A DNA stretch of 64,000 nucleotides from Camelus dromedarius (lineage: Eukaryota): contig NC_087451.1 of assembly GCF_036321535.1 (NCBI RefSeq), positions 13,764,001 through 13,828,000 of the forward strand. The letters are read 5' to 3'. The position numbers were made by a program, and so were the translations under genes. The notes below the pieces were generated by a model. That model saw only the letters and a program-made list of their open reading frames with translations, searched no databases and was not told where the DNA came from. Shown here one piece after another: positions 61,310 to 64,000 of the stretch (positions within the stretch are counted from its first letter, which is position 1; every line of letters begins with the position of its first letter).

Positions 61310-62240
61310 CATTTGTCTTCAGCTGTGCTTCCCTCGCTGGACACAAGGGGGCAGTATTGCCCTGCATATAGCAGCTTCCCTGACCATCCCCCTAGGTTTC
61401 CGAAGTCTGAGTCCTTGGATCTCTTTTCTGTATGTATTTATTTCTTCTTAGTCACATCCAATCTGATGGTTTTCAATGCCATCTCAATTTGAATGCCTCC
61501 CAAATGTATATCCTCCTGGATCTTGCTCCTGGACCTCAGATTCACATATCTAGTTGCCTACTCAGCTGCTCTTTTTTGCTGTCTAATGGGCATTTCAAAC
61601 ATTTCCAAGTGTTGTTCCTGTTCCTTTGATGGACTTACCAGCTCAATGGATGGCAGCACCATCCCTTCAATAGTTTGGGCCAAAAGCCTTGGCATCCTTG
61701 ATTCTTCCTGCTCTCCCACCCGTATCCCAGCAGATCCTTTCGTTTTTACCTTAACATTATTTCTCACCATTTTGCACCATCTCCACTGCTCCCACTCTGG
61801 TCCACCCCTTCGTCATCTCTTGCCTGTATCACTGCAGAGACCTAACTGGTCTGCTTGCTTCTGCTGTTGGCTCTCAGTATGTAGTAATTTTGCTGAGATA
61901 TAAGTCAGACCATGTTACTTCTCTGCTCAAAACCTTTCAAAGTTGTTGCATCTCTCAGAGTAAAAGCCAAAGGCCTTCGAGGTCCTACCTCAAGTGGCCC
62001 TTTGTCCCTCTCCTGTCTCAATGGCTCCCTTCTCACTGGCTACCTCGCTGTTCCGCTGTCCCTCACACATGCCAGGTAAGCACCCGCCCCTCAGCCTTTG
62101 CCCGTGCCGCTCTCTGCCTAGAGTGCTCCCCCCAGGTGTCTACGTGGTGCTCCCTCATCTCCTCCAGGTCTGCACTCGAATGTCACTTCAGTGACACCTT
62201 CCCTGGTCACCATTTGAAGAGGCTGGGATTTGGGCCTGTT
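61310..62240 (+). mobile_element. L2 LINE fragment in MRM1 intron 2 (approximate limits)
   Basis: 'atctagttgcctactcag', 'aaaagccttggcatccttgattc', 'tcagaccatgttacttctctgctcaaaacctttcaa', 'cagcctttgcccgtgc'. Confidence 0.7.
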
Positions 62241-62423
62241 TTGCCCACACCCTATCCCCAGTGCCTCGGACAGAGCCTGCCTATTCTAGGGGCTTAATAA
62301 CTATTGACTGGACCCAGGGGTGTCAGAGAGGGGATAATACATGGGCAAGGCCGGGCTCCTCCTCGGCCAGGCTCCGATGAAGACATGGTGAGCTCAAGCA
62401 TGATTTCTTCTTCTCTCTTTCAG

Positions 62424-62556
62424 GCCAAAGCCCAGCAGGGCTGGCTCGTGGCTGGCACGGTGGGCTGCCTGGGGCCTGAGATTTCCCCGTCCTCCGAGAT
62501 GCCTGTCACCAGTTGCTTGGAGTTCCTCTGGGACCGGCCTACTCTCCTAGTGCTGG
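62424..62556 (+). CDS. MRM1: MRM1 exon 3
   Basis: 133 nt, tttcag| and |gtgggt; [15 protein letters not shown]...WDRPTLLVL(G). Confidence 0.94.
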
Positions 62557-62661
62557 GTGGGTAGGTGTCCCTGCTTTCCCGGCTCACACGTGGCGTTTCC
62601 CGAACGCCTGCGTGTCCAGCTGGGGCCTCCCTAACCCTGTGTTCCCCACCGTGCCCTGCAG

Positions 62662-62781
62662 GGAACGAGGGCTCTGGTCTGTCCCCAGAGGTGCGGGCTT
62701 CCTGCCAGCTTCTCCTTACCATCCTGCCCGGCCGGCAGCTGCCTCGTGGACTCGAGTCCTTAAATGTCTCCGTGGCTGCAG
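62662..62781 (+). CDS. MRM1: MRM1 exon 4
   Basis: 120 nt, ctgcag| and |gtgagt; (G)NEGSGL and ESLNVSVAA (SPOUT motifs 2 and 3). Confidence 0.95.
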
Positions 62782-62978
62782 GTGAGTCTACGTGCCCCTT
62801 ACTTCTCTGCCTCTGATCATACATATAGAGCTGTTTCATCTTAAACAAGTTTCTCAATCTTTCCATATCTCACTGTGTCGAATGAGGAGAATACCTACAT
62901 CCTTCTGAGGATGAAATGAGGGAGTTCCTGGCACATGGTCCTTCCTCTTCATCCTTGTCTTTCTGTCTGTCTGTGCAG

Positions 62979-63151
62979 GAATTCTTCTTCACTCTATCTG
63001 CAGCCAGAGGAAGGGTGTCCCTGCAGAGGGAGAGAGAAAGCAACTTCTCCAAGACCCCCAAGAGCCCTCAGCCTCATCTGCAGGGCCCAGAGTCGCACAG
63101 CACCCAGGACGGTCCTCAGGCTCAGAAAAGGAGAGGCAGGACGGGGGCTGA
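62979..63151 (+). CDS. MRM1: MRM1 exon 5 (terminal); spliced total 360 aa
   Basis: gtgcag| then ILLHSICSQRKG...EKERQDGG-TGA. Confidence 0.94.
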
Positions 63152-63608
63152 CTGGGGCTTTCCGAGGCGCGTGTCCTGGAGGGCACACACATCCGCACGC
63201 TGGAATGTGCCAGAGACTCTTACCTTCTTGCCTGAGTGTGTACCCAGGCCCCTGCTTATAAACCACTGTTTTGGGAGGCCTGGAGCTTTGTGGTGGAGAC
63301 CAGAGGAAGTTGTTTCCTGTTTGGGTTTTGGACTTGCAGTGTCTAGGCTGTGCTGGGACAGAGGGTCTCTTTCTTCCCAGACCCTGCCTGGAAAGTGTAG
63401 ACATCGGAAGGGATCAGGCAGCCCAGTCCAGGGGTCCTAGTCCTCTGGGACCAGTGTGACAGTGTAGAGGGAGGCCTGAGCCCTCTTGTGGGCCAGACAG
63501 GTGCAAATCCAGGCTCAAACCCTGCCCCACTGGGGCTTTGAGCACAGGGCTTCATCTTGTGTCTCCGGGCCCTTGTCTGCACCTCCCTCAGCGCTATTGT
63601 AAGAATCA

Positions 63609-63614
63609 AATAAA
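63609..63614 (+). terminator. Candidate MRM1 poly(A) signal AATAAA
   Basis: First AATAAA downstream of the stop, about 460 nt away. Confidence 0.65.
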
Positions 63615-63668
63615 ACATCACCTGGTACCCAGCAGGCGCTCAGTGGTGGTCTATTCTGCCTGATTCCC

Positions 63669-63682
63669 CCACTAGGTGGCAG
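63669..63682 (+). promoter_or_regulatory. CTCF core motif
   Basis: CCACTAGGTGGCAG matches the CCASYAGRKGGCRS consensus at every position. Confidence 0.65.
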
Positions 63683-64000
63683 CCTCGCTCTTTGGTCCAC
63701 AGTCTCTTCAGGAAGTTTTGCAGCCACCTGGGGAGATTCCTGGCCGCGGTCCTTGGAAAGGTTAGCAAGCACCTCCCAGCCCTCTGTCCCTCTGGTACCC
63801 ACCACGGGTGAGCCATCAGTCAGTCAGTCTCCATGGAAGGAAGCACTGAACCAGAGCCCTGGTCTTTGATTCTGTGAGGTGGTGAGGACCTCGCAGGCTT
63901 GCGGTTTATTGTACAACCCAGACAGATGTGGTACTCCTCCCCTGGGTCCCACAAATGAGCAGAGGCCACTAATGCAAGTAGTTTAGAGCAGTCTTGGCTG

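Noticed and set aside
1-64000. CRISPR arrays, operons, phage or defence systems, rRNA, snoRNA or miRNA genes
   Set aside because: Spliced mammalian DNA; no regularly spaced repeat-spacer array and no RNA gene recognisable by eye. An Infernal/Rfam scan would be needed to exclude small RNAs.

Overview
Mammalian euchromatic window carrying the conserved MYO19(-)/PIGW(+)/GGNBP2(+)/DHRS11(+)/MRM1(+) gene cluster, syntenic with human 17q12. Short tRNA-derived SINEs of camelid type and the absence of recognisable Alu, B1, Bov-tA or PRE-1 elements suggest a camelid genome (inference). MYO19 is present only as its first four coding exons. PIGW has a single-exon CDS (502 aa). DHRS11 (7 exons, 255 aa) and MRM1 (5 exons, 360 aa) are complete. 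GGNBP2 is complete except for three coding segments that fall inside N gaps. There are four CpG-island promoters and the usual L1, L2, MIR, HAL1, Charlie and Tigger relics. No prokaryote-type system is present. The most interesting signals are RNA-level: a 126-nt in-frame cassette exon and several candidate premature-stop (poison) exons in GGNBP2, a minus-strand splice path from the GGNBP2 promoter across PIGW toward MYO19, a GC-AG intron in MRM1, a CTG at the position of the human DHRS11 first ATG, and uORF/G-quadruplex elements in the MRM1 and MYO19 leaders. Comparisons with orthologues are from recalled protein sequences, not from a database search.
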